DNA from: an uncultured Candidatus Saccharibacteria bacterium
GTDB lineage: Bacteria > Patescibacteriota > Minisyncoccia > Phycocordibacterales > PALSA-1337
Length of the DNA stretch: 64,000 nucleotides
Reading direction: 5' to 3'
Assembly: GCA_964492835.1 (NCBI GenBank)
Contig: CAZBLC010000002.1
Span: 7,375 to 71,374, forward strand
Shown here piece after piece: positions 1 to 7,889 of the stretch (positions within the stretch are counted from its first letter, which is position 1; every line of letters begins with the position of its first letter). Position numbers and translations under genes: made by a program. The notes under the pieces are model-generated. The model saw nothing but the letters and a program-made list of their open reading frames with translations. It was not told where the DNA came from and ran no database searches.

Positions 1-438
1 ATATTGATTACATGGATCTGAGTAATCTACCCTACCACTAGACTCTCCATGACTATCTTTAAAAAATGTATGACTAATTTGACATGTACCCCCTCCATAC
101 CTAGAAGATCTTGTACTGGTATCAGTACGAGTATACTTCTCAGAACCATTTTTTCCAAAAAATTCGCTCTCGATTAGAAGAACATTTGGTGTTAATTCAT
201 AGGTAGATTCAATTCCCTTAAACAGCAAACCAGCTACTCCGACATAATCATCACAAGAATTATTATTTAATTTTATGCACTCGTAGACACTACTTTCCTT
301 TTTAGAATATAAGACTTGGTAGATATTTGCGCCAACTCTGTAATCTCCATCGACTATAGTATCTGCTTTGATTATTGTAGGAGTGGTGTAAGAACAAAAA
401 ATAGCAATTATTAATAGCACCTTTAATAATCTCTTCAT
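1..438 (-). CDS. hypothetical exported protein (partial, runs off left edge)
   Basis: Not in ORF track. ATG at 438, frame open to position 1; MKRLLKVLLIIAIFCSYTTPTIIKA looks like a signal peptide. Confidence 0.7.
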   Translation of the reverse strand, partial: MKRLLKVLLIIAIFCSYTTPTIIKADTIVDGDYRVGANIYQVLYSKKESSVYECIKLNNNSCDDYVGVAGLLFKGIESTYELTPNVLLIESEFFGKNGSEKYTRTDTSTRSSRYGGGTCQISHTFFKDSHGESSGRVDYSDPCNQY

Positions 439-456
439 AATAAATAAAAATTAAAT

Positions 457-494
457 AATAAAATAACTGGTATTAGTATACCAGTTATTTTATT
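457..494. terminator. 17-bp perfect inverted repeat downstream of fusA, probable terminator
   Basis: AATAAAATAACTGGTAT-tagt-ATACCAGTTATTTTATT. Confidence 0.65.
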
Positions 495-542
495 TCCCCC
501 TCTTTTTGTTATCCCCATTCAGGGATTACTCGACCATCAATG

Positions 543-2687
543 CTATTTCCTTGTCTCAACAATAGCTGCCTCTACGTTCTTTGGAACTACTTCATAGTGA
601 TCAAATTCCATAGTTGCACTTCCCTGACCTGATGTCATTGAACGCAATTGTGTTGTGTATCCGAACATCTCTGACAATGGAACCATAGCGTGTAGCACCT
701 TTGCCTGTCCTCTCTCTGTCATTTCTTCAATTGTTCCTCTCTTTGATGAAATACTTCCTGTAACATCTCCCATGAACTTCTCTGGGAATAGTACTTCAAG
801 CTTCATGATAGGTTCTAGGATAACTGGACGAGCTCTCTTTGCTGCTTCTTGGAATGCTTGTGATCCAGCAATCTTGTAAGCAATTTCAGATGAGTCCACG
901 TCGTGGTATGATCCGAATGTTAGTTCACAACTTACATTCACCATTCTAAATCCGGCAACTACTCCACGATCCATAGCCTCATGTACTCCCTTCTCTACAG
1001 CTGGAATGAACTCATTTGGAATAACTCCTCCCTTGATTGAGTCGATGAATTCAAAGTCATCATATCTACTAACATTCTTAGGAATCTTCACTCCTGGCTC
1101 AATCTTCTCCATAGGCTTAATATTGATCTTTACGTGACCATATTGTCCCTTACCTCCAGACTGCTTGATGTACTTGTGTTCAGCCTCAGCAGTACCTAGA
1201 ATTGTCTCTCTGTATGCTACCTGTGGCTTACCAACGTTAGTCTCTACTCCGAACTCTCTCTTCATACGATCAACCATGATGTCTAGGTGTAGCTCACCCA
1301 TACCTGAGATGATTGTCTCTCCTGTCTCACTGTTTGATGAGATCTTGAATGTTGGATCTTCATTAGCAAGCTTCTTAAGAGCCATACCCATTTTCTCTTG
1401 ATCTGCCTTTGTCTTTGGTTCAACTCTTAGAGATACCACTGGTTCTAGGAATTTGATAGTTTCAAGTATTACTGGCTTGTTCTCATCACAGAATGTGTGT
1501 GATGTAAGAGCATCCTTTAGTCCTACAGCAGCTGCAATCTCTCCTGCGTATACTTTCTTCACCTCCTCTCTCTTGTCTGCCTGTAGACGCACTATACGTC
1601 CTAATCTCTCCTTCTTTCCAGTTGTCGAGTTGTAAATGTATGTTCCTGATTCAATTGTTCCAGAATATACACGGAAGAATGTAAGCTGACCTACGAATGG
1701 ATCGTTTTGTAATTTAAATGCTAGAGCTGCAAATGGCTCTTCGTCAGAAGGTCCACGGAATATCTCTTCTCCCGTATTAGGATCTGTTCCTCTAACAGCC
1801 TTAATATCTGTAGGAGCTGGTAGATAGTCAACAACAGCATCTAGTACTAGCTGAACTCCAACGTTCTTTAGAGCTGATCCAGTGAATACTGGGAACATCT
1901 TGTTGTCGATAACTAGTTTTCTGATTTCTGTCTTTAGAACATCTACTGGTATCTCCTTTCCATCTAGGTACTGTTGCATTAGAACATCGTTATGCTCAAC
2001 TGCCTTCTCAACTAGTTCAGCATGATATTTCTTAGCATCAGCTAGTAGGTTCTCAGGGATTTCCTTCTCGATGATGTTAATACCCTTCTCTCCGTCAAAG
2101 AAATATGCCTTCATCTTTAGAAGATCTACAACTCCTTCATGATCTCCTTCTGTTCCAACTGGGATTTGGAATCTTACTGCCTTCTTGTTTAGTCTCTCTA
2201 GAATAGATGCATATGATTTCTCAAATGATGCTCCCATTCTGTCCATTTTGTTAATGAAACAAAGACGAGGCACATTACTTTCATCTGCATATCTCCAGTT
2301 TGTCTCTGATTGAGGCTCTACTCCGGCTACTCCGTCAAACACCACAACAGCTCCGTCTAGAACACGTAGTGAACGCTTCACCTCTACTGTAAAGTCGATG
2401 TGTCCTGGAGTATCGATAACGTTAAAACGTACTTTCTTTGAAGTATCTGTCTTAGGCATGTATGAAGGGTTCCAGAAACAAGTAATAGCAGCTGCGGTAA
2501 TTGTAATACCACGCTCTCTCTCCTGTTCCATCCAGTCAGTAGTTGTCGCTCCGTCATGCACCTCTCCAATCTTATGGATCATACCTGTGTAATACAGAAT
2601 ACGTTCTGATGTAGTAGTCTTACCTGCATCAATATGGGCAATGATTCCGAAGTTACGAACTTTTTCTAGTGGATAGTCTCTTTGCAT
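543..2687 (-). CDS. fusA: elongation factor G
   Basis: AHIDAGKTT, DTPGH, NKMD GTPase motifs; full EF-G domain set. Confidence 0.99.
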   Translation of the reverse strand: MQRDYPLEKVRNFGIIAHIDAGKTTTSERILYYTGMIHKIGEVHDGATTTDWMEQERERGITITAAAITCFWNPSYMPKTDTSKKVRFNVIDTPGHIDFTVEVKRSLRVLDGAVVVFDGVAGVEPQSETNWRYADESNVPRLCFINKMDRMGASFEKSYASILERLNKKAVRFQIPVGTEGDHEGVVDLLKMKAYFFDGEKGINIIEKEIPENLLADAKKYHAELVEKAVEHNDVLMQQYLDGKEIPVDVLKTEIRKLVIDNKMFPVFTGSALKNVGVQLVLDAVVDYLPAPTDIKAVRGTDPNTGEEIFRGPSDEEPFAALAFKLQNDPFVGQLTFFRVYSGTIESGTYIYNSTTGKKERLGRIVRLQADKREEVKKVYAGEIAAAVGLKDALTSHTFCDENKPVILETIKFLEPVVSLRVEPKTKADQEKMGMALKKLANEDPTFKISSNSETGETIISGMGELHLDIMVDRMKREFGVETNVGKPQVAYRETILGTAEAEHKYIKQSGGKGQYGHVKINIKPMEKIEPGVKIPKNVSRYDDFEFIDSIKGGVIPNEFIPAVEKGVHEAMDRGVVAGFRMVNVSCELTFGSYHDVDSSEIAYKIAGSQAFQEAAKRARPVILEPIMKLEVLFPEKFMGDVTGSISSKRGTIEEMTERGQAKVLHAMVPLSEMFGYTTQLRSMTSGQGSATMEFDHYEVVPKNVEAAIVETRK

Positions 2688-2754
2688 AAATTAAATTAAT
2701 ATAATAAGAAGTAACAGTTAGATTACCTTAAATTGGGATAAAATGCAAAATTTG

Positions 2755-3276
2755 TTATGAGTTAAACCCAATTTTATTACTTTTCTTTATAGGTTCGTCT
2801 AGCAGTCTCTTTATAAAATCATATATTGTAGCTATGTCCTTACCTTGATCTTCTTGGTTTTTCTCCAATTCTTCCATCTTTATAGCCAGATCCTTGTGGG
2901 TAGATAGCATTTCTCTGAGTTTAGCGAATGCTCTGATTATGAATATATTCATCTGTACCGCCCTATCACTCTTAAGTACTGAGGAAAGCATACCGACTCC
3001 GAGTTCGGTGAATGCGTATGGCAAGTATCTACGTCCCCCCTTTGAGATTGCAATTTGCAATCTCAAAGAATCCAACTCAACTTGAGTAAGCTGAAACATA
3101 AAATCCTCTGGAAATCTGTCCATATTACGCTTAACAGCCAGGTTTAAGTTACCAGTTTTAACTTGGTATAACTCGGCCAAAACAAAGTCCAGCATCACTT
3201 TCTGTCCGCGAATTATAAATATTCGCTTCTCTATTATTTCAGACGGAATTGTACTTAATTCTTTCTCTTCTTTCAT
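2755..3276 (-). CDS. ORF6N domain DNA-binding protein with C-terminal coiled coil
   Basis: IRGQKVMLD..LAELYQV.T..LN.AVKRN..RFPEDFMFQLT...GGRRYLPYAFTE.GV.MLSSVL.S.RA and C-terminal KIGF, typical of the ORF6N family. Confidence 0.92.
   Translation of the reverse strand: MKEEKELSTIPSEIIEKRIFIIRGQKVMLDFVLAELYQVKTGNLNLAVKRNMDRFPEDFMFQLTQVELDSLRLQIAISKGGRRYLPYAFTELGVGMLSSVLKSDRAVQMNIFIIRAFAKLREMLSTHKDLAIKMEELEKNQEDQGKDIATIYDFIKRLLDEPIKKSNKIGFNS
3040..3068. repeat. perfect palindrome inside the ORF6N gene encoding LRLQIAISK
   Basis: CTTTGAGATTGCAA-T-TTGCAATCTCAAAG, 14-bp arms, centre 3054. Confidence 0.97.
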
Positions 3277-3397
3277 GTAAGAATTATGACAAATGTGATA
3301 GTAATATCAATACTAAAAAATACAAAAATTTTATCCAGATTTCATTTCGTGGGGATAACTTTTGATTCGTTACGGAAATTTGTTAAAATACTAACAA

Positions 3398-3646
3398 ATG
3401 AGTAAGAAATCTTCGAAAATAACAGAGGATACGTTCAATTGGTGTTTTGCTATCATTAATGGAAAACTTGGACAAATATTTTTTAAGAAAGGATCGAGGA
3501 GTGTCGAGGGTATATTTGGTCATAGTTATCATAGCAAAAAAGATATTTTTAGTGCTGAAGAAAAGAAGATGATTGGTAGTGATATTAAGAAGCATCAGTT
3601 CTCCTTTCGAAAAGGAAAGTATAATCGAGTTAATGTTCCTGTTTGA
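3398..3646 (+). CDS. small basic hypothetical protein
   Basis: 82-aa ORF divergent from ORF6N gene; its TGA stop lies in the first palindrome of the array. Confidence 0.6.
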   Translation: MSKKSSKITEDTFNWCFAIINGKLGQIFFKKGSRSVEGIFGHSYHSKKDIFSAEEKKMIGSDIKKHQFSFRKGKYNRVNVPV

Positions 3647-3812
3647 GGCTGCAAATTGCAGCCTCAAACTTGATATTGCAATTTGCAATCTCAAGTTGAA
3701 GTATCTCTGAGGTGCCAATTTGACGCCTCAGAACTTGGTATTCCAATCTGGAATACCAAGTTAAATAAAAATACCTTTGAGGTTTCAGATTGAAACTTCA
3801 AAGGTATTTTTA
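3641..3812. repeat. tandem array of five variant 25-bp palindromes (YTG-N6-CA-N3-TG-N6-CAR)
   Basis: Cores at 3643-3667, 3670-3694, 3707-3731, 3735-3759, 3777-3801; unit 2 is 24/25 identical to the ORF6N in-gene palindrome core (3042-3066). Confidence 0.95.
3766..3812. terminator. probable intrinsic terminator of rpsL-rpsG, built on array unit 5
   Basis: 22-bp arms (one mismatch) with A/T tracts, 17 nt past the rpsG stop. Confidence 0.65.
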
Positions 3813-3829
3813 ATATAGTATTTTTGGTA

Positions 3830-4300
3830 TTACCAAGCAAAGTGAGCGAATGCCTTGTTTGCCTCTGCCATCTTGTGTGTATTCTCTCTCTTCTTTACTG
3901 CTTCTCCTTCGTTCTTTGATGCTGCAAATATTTCTTCTGCTAGTTTTTCTGCCATTGGCTTACCTTTCTTTGAACGAGCAGCTAGAACTATCCACTTCAT
4001 TGATAGGGCTCTCTGTCTCTCTGGACGAACTTCACGAGGAACTTGATAGTTAGCACCTCCAACACGTCTAGCACGTACTTCCATTGCTGGCATAGTGTTC
4101 TTTAGAGCTGTCTCGAATACTTCAAGAGCGTTATCTGTCTTAGCCTTTTCCTTTATTATCTCAAAACAATCGTATACAACCTTTCTAGCTGTAGCCTTCT
4201 TTCCTGAGTCCATAACATAGTTAATTAGCTTTGAAACCTTTACGGATTCAAAAACAGGTTCAGGTTTTAATGGATGCTTGTTCTTTATTCTTCTTCTCAT
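3830..4300 (-). CDS. rpsG: 30S ribosomal protein S7
   Basis: [23 protein letters not shown]. Confidence 0.99.
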   Translation of the reverse strand: MRRRIKNKHPLKPEPVFESVKVSKLINYVMDSGKKATARKVVYDCFEIIKEKAKTDNALEVFETALKNTMPAMEVRARRVGGANYQVPREVRPERQRALSMKWIVLAARSKKGKPMAEKLAEEIFAASKNEGEAVKKRENTHKMAEANKAFAHFAW

Positions 4301-4331
4301 AGTGATATTTTAATATTTTAGTAATTTAACA

Positions 4332-4751
4332 TTAAACCTTAGCTGCCTTTGGCTTCTTGTTTCCGTATTGACTTCGACCCTTTCTTCTCTTCTCTACTCC
4401 AGCTGCATCTAGAACTCCGCGAACAACTGTGTATCTTAGTCCTACGTCCTTTACACGTCCTCCTCTTAGTAGTACCACTGAGTGTTCCTGTAGGTTATGT
4501 CCTTCTCCTGGGATGTAAGCTGTAACTTCAAGACCATTTGATAGTCTTACACGGGCAATCTTACGGATAGCTGAGTTAGGCTTCTTAGGTGTCTTTGTTG
4601 TAACCTTTATACAAACTCCTCTCTTAAATGGAGATGGAAAGAAGCTAGGACGATTCTCAATACTATTGAAAGTTCGTGTTAGAGCTACTGACTTTGTCTT
4701 TCTGATAAATTTCTTACGATTCTTACGCACAAGCTGATTAATTGTTGGCAT
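4332..4751 (-). CDS. rpsL: 30S ribosomal protein S12
   Basis: [26 protein letters not shown]. Confidence 0.99.
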   Translation of the reverse strand: MPTINQLVRKNRKKFIRKTKSVALTRTFNSIENRPSFFPSPFKRGVCIKVTTKTPKKPNSAIRKIARVRLSNGLEVTAYIPGEGHNLQEHSVVLLRGGRVKDVGLRYTVVRGVLDAAGVEKRRKGRSQYGNKKPKAAKV

Positions 4752-4890
4752 TCTTAAATGTTATTTATTTAAAACTTAATAATTTACCCAAATATGTCTA
4801 GAGTTGATTGTTTTCACCGAGCGGTTACTCACCTCTATACGTTTTTGGACGTGGGGTTACTCTATCACAAATATGGGAAAAGGCAATTAT

Positions 4891-5622
4891 TTATCTAAGA
4901 ATGACCTTACCGACAATATCTTTAATATTAACCGGACCAAGAGTCTTTGAATCCAAACTAGCAGCTGAATTGTCTCCTAGAACAAAGTACTCCCCTTCTT
5001 TTAAATCAACAACTAGCTCTGCAGGGATTGGGGTTGATAAATACTTGTCCTCAACCAAGAGTTCGTTGATGTATAGCTGTCCATTCTCTATCTTTAGCTT
5101 TTCGCCTGGTAAACCAACGATACGATTTACAAAATAAACCCCGTAGATATTTTTAAACACAACAACATCATTTCTCTTATAATTATTTAAAAATATTTTA
5201 ATAACGAGATATTCCCCATCATTAATATTTGGTGTCATAGAATTACCAGATACCACAAAAGGCTGAAAAATAAACAATCTAACTGACATAACAATAGCTG
5301 TTAGGATTAATATTCCAAGTATGTTATTGGTGATATAAAGTAAAAAACTTTTTATCCAAGAAACTTGATAATATTTTTTAAAATATAAATAAAATATGAA
5401 GTAAGCTGCCCCAATTGTAGATATATATACAAAAGGATCTTTAATTAAAAAAAGAAATGCAAATAAATTTAAAGGGGCTCCTAATAAATTAATAAGTACT
5501 ACTTTTTTATATGATATTTCTTTTATTCTAAATAGTTTACAAATACCTAATAAAATTAATGAGCTAATTAGAAATAATATTAATGAAGATATATATGTGA
5601 TAGTTATTATAGGTAATGTCAT
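4891..5622 (-). CDS. lepB: signal peptidase I with multi-TM N-terminus
   Basis: VSGNSMTP (catalytic Ser box), RIVGLPGE, YFVLGDN..SLDS..LGP; the expected catalytic Lys box reads FVNR instead of xxKR. Confidence 0.8.
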   Translation of the reverse strand: MTLPIITITYISSLILFLISSLILLGICKLFRIKEISYKKVVLINLLGAPLNLFAFLFLIKDPFVYISTIGAAYFIFYLYFKKYYQVSWIKSFLLYITNNILGILILTAIVMSVRLFIFQPFVVSGNSMTPNINDGEYLVIKIFLNNYKRNDVVVFKNIYGVYFVNRIVGLPGEKLKIENGQLYINELLVEDKYLSTPIPAELVVDLKEGEYFVLGDNSAASLDSKTLGPVNIKDIVGKVILR

Positions 5623-5640
5623 AATTATTAAATTATATAC

Positions 5641-6252
5641 TTAAAATGATATTCCTGTTATAGCTTTGAAGATAAATGGAATGATAGGTGCTACCAGTTC
5701 CCAAATGAAGAAAACGACTATCAAGAACAACAGTATCGAGTATATCTCTATCACCTCCCTAATCCAAATTAGTTTTCTTGGCAGAATCGCAAACAATACC
5801 TTAGATCCATCAAGTGGTGGTAATGGGATCATATTGAATACAGCTAGAACGATATTGATTATGATTACGTAAGTAGATATGTATATAAAGGAATCAGATA
5901 ATAGTGATCCGTACAATCTAATTAGCAAACCAAATACTGTAGCTATGACAATATTTGATACTGGTCCAGCGATAGCTATAGCTAACTCTCCCCATCTCTT
6001 GTTCTTTACGTTATATGGATTCCACTGTACTGGCTTAGCCCATCCAAATGTAAAACCTGCTAATGATGTGATTATAGGCACAATGAATGAACCAAATAGT
6101 TCTAGGTGTTTTAAAGGATTTAGGGTCAATCTCCCCTGCAATCTAGGTGTAGGATCACCTAAAAGATCAGCCATATAACCATGAGAAAGTTCATGTACTA
6201 CCACTGACATTATTAGTATAGCTATTTGAAAAATGAAGATTGAATCGTTCAT
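5641..6252 (-). CDS. site-2 protease (M50 family)
   Basis: HELSH, AGPVSN, FNMIPLPPLDG. Confidence 0.95.
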   Translation of the reverse strand: MNDSIFIFQIAILIMSVVVHELSHGYMADLLGDPTPRLQGRLTLNPLKHLELFGSFIVPIITSLAGFTFGWAKPVQWNPYNVKNKRWGELAIAIAGPVSNIVIATVFGLLIRLYGSLLSDSFIYISTYVIIINIVLAVFNMIPLPPLDGSKVLFAILPRKLIWIREVIEIYSILLFLIVVFFIWELVAPIIPFIFKAITGISF

Positions 6253-6294
6253 AGCACTTGCTTAATATATTTATTATGATAGCATACTATCACT

Positions 6295-6537
6295 ATGGCT
6301 AAAGCTTGCGCAATAACAAAAAGAAGTTCAATGGTAGCTGGCGGATATTCAAACGCTACACGTGCTACTCAGTTTAACCCTACAGGAATGGTACGTAAGT
6401 ACGTTAATCTTCAAAAGAAGAAGATTTATGTTCCTGAGCTTAAGAAATCATTTATCCTTAATATTTCAACAAGAGCACTAAAGACAATACAGAAGAGAGG
6501 AGCATTTATAACTCTAAAGAAAGCAGGAATTATATAG
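6295..6537 (+). CDS. rpmB: 50S ribosomal protein L28
   Basis: Basic 80 aa; C.IT at N-terminus, NLQKKKI, ISTRALKTI. Confidence 0.85.
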   Translation: MAKACAITKRSSMVAGGYSNATRATQFNPTGMVRKYVNLQKKKIYVPELKKSFILNISTRALKTIQKRGAFITLKKAGII

Positions 6538-7290
6538 TCATCTACTCCAGAAAAATCCATCCGACACAAAACGGATGGATTTTTCTTTTGTAGTAAATAT
6601 ATACTTAGGTTCGATAACCTCAACAAGATTCTTAGACACCTTTGACTCTATCCCACTGTTATATAGCTCAAGTATAGATTCCATATCATCTTCAATCTCT
6701 TTAGATATACTCTTTTGTATTGTTTTAGAGAGATTACCCATTAAGTACAGATTAGTATTTTGATAATCTATCCGTACCCCCAATTCAGGCAAACTTGTTT
6801 TGTTGTACTTAAAAACTTCATATGGAAAAAGTATTTGTATTCGCATCTTACCGATATCAATCGTATCTCCCTTGTTAACCTCAACTACATGTATCTTGTT
6901 CTTTTGTATTGTCTTCATTAACTGAGTTAATACTGTGCTTGTAGACATAGTACTTGGCTTTATAACCTCCCCAATATCATGTCTCTCCAGTATTTCTATG
7001 AGTCCACCAATTTGTGCTGCAGTAGCACTTGGTATGACTACATAATCGATTCTCCTGTCATAGAAAGGCATTAGTCTCGTTATCTCCGCTATAGTTTGTG
7101 AATTCTGTCCTCCACCATAGAGGATTGTCTTGTTGTCTGAAGTCCTAATAAATATTGATCTGCCTTTGTTTAGACTCAGGAAGTTAACCTCAAGCCTCTC
7201 TTCCCTGTATTCCCACTTATATACATAAATACCAAGTAGTGTGGTAGCTAAAGTAAAGATTAATATAGAGATTTGTATTTTTCTTTTCAT
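6538..7290 (-). CDS. ComEC-type metallo-beta-lactamase-fold protein, metal ligands degenerate
   Basis: N-terminal TM; LEVNFL..GRSIFI, MPFYDRRIDYVV, IGGL; lacks HxxxDH. Confidence 0.75.
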   Translation of the reverse strand: MKRKIQISILIFTLATTLLGIYVYKWEYREERLEVNFLSLNKGRSIFIRTSDNKTILYGGGQNSQTIAEITRLMPFYDRRIDYVVIPSATAAQIGGLIEILERHDIGEVIKPSTMSTSTVLTQLMKTIQKNKIHVVEVNKGDTIDIGKMRIQILFPYEVFKYNKTSLPELGVRIDYQNTNLYLMGNLSKTIQKSISKEIEDDMESILELYNSGIESKVSKNLVEVIEPKYIFTTKEKSIRFVSDGFFWSR

Positions 7291-7304
7291 GATAGAATGT
7301 TTAT

Positions 7305-7889
7305 ATGAAAAAATTTAATGAATTACAGTTTAATATCGGAGAATTAAAAGGAATCTCTAAGAAAACTATTGAGGAACATCTAAAGCTATACTCTGGATAC
7401 GTTAACAACCTAAACACAATACATGAGATAGTAGAGAATCAGACAAACCCAGAATATGCACGTAGAGAAGCATATAGACGGCAAGGATTTGAATTCGGAG
7501 GAATGAGGAATCATGAAATATATTTCTCTCTACTTGAAGGAGGATACAAGGCACTAGATGAAAGTAGCGAGCTATACAAAAAGATAGTTGATATGGCTGG
7601 AAGTTTTGATAACTTCATTACTATCTTTAAGAATCTAGCTACAACTCGTGGTATTGGTTGGGCCATGCTTGGTTATGACAGAAAGACTGATAGATTGATT
7701 CAGTATTGGGTTGATGAACAGCATATTGGCCACCTTCCTGAAGTAGACATATTAATTGCTCTTGATATGTGGGAACATTCATACGTTATGGACTATGCAC
7801 CATCTGGTAAGAAGAACTATGTTGAGGATTTCTTCTTGAATCTAAACTGGGACAAGGTTGTAGGTAATTTCACTAATGCTACGAAATAG
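7305..7889 (+). CDS. sod: Fe/Mn superoxide dismutase family protein
   Basis: H..LY.GYVNNLN, NHEIYF, GIGWA, DMWEHSY. Confidence 0.92.
   Translation: MKKFNELQFNIGELKGISKKTIEEHLKLYSGYVNNLNTIHEIVENQTNPEYARREAYRRQGFEFGGMRNHEIYFSLLEGGYKALDESSELYKKIVDMAGSFDNFITIFKNLATTRGIGWAMLGYDRKTDRLIQYWVDEQHIGHLPEVDILIALDMWEHSYVMDYAPSGKKNYVEDFFLNLNWDKVVGNFTNATK

Noticed and set aside
3383-3718. 111-aa minus-strand ORF reading LRLQIAISS-LRLQFAASN
   Set aside because: It arises because array units 1 and 2 are 27 bp apart (in frame). The rest is antisense to the 82-aa gene with no ORF6N flanking sequence, so it is not a second ORF6N gene.
3641-3812. Array as a CRISPR or DGR template
   Set aside because: No identical repeats with unique spacers and no cas genes. 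Differences are not adenine-specific and no reverse transcriptase is in the window.
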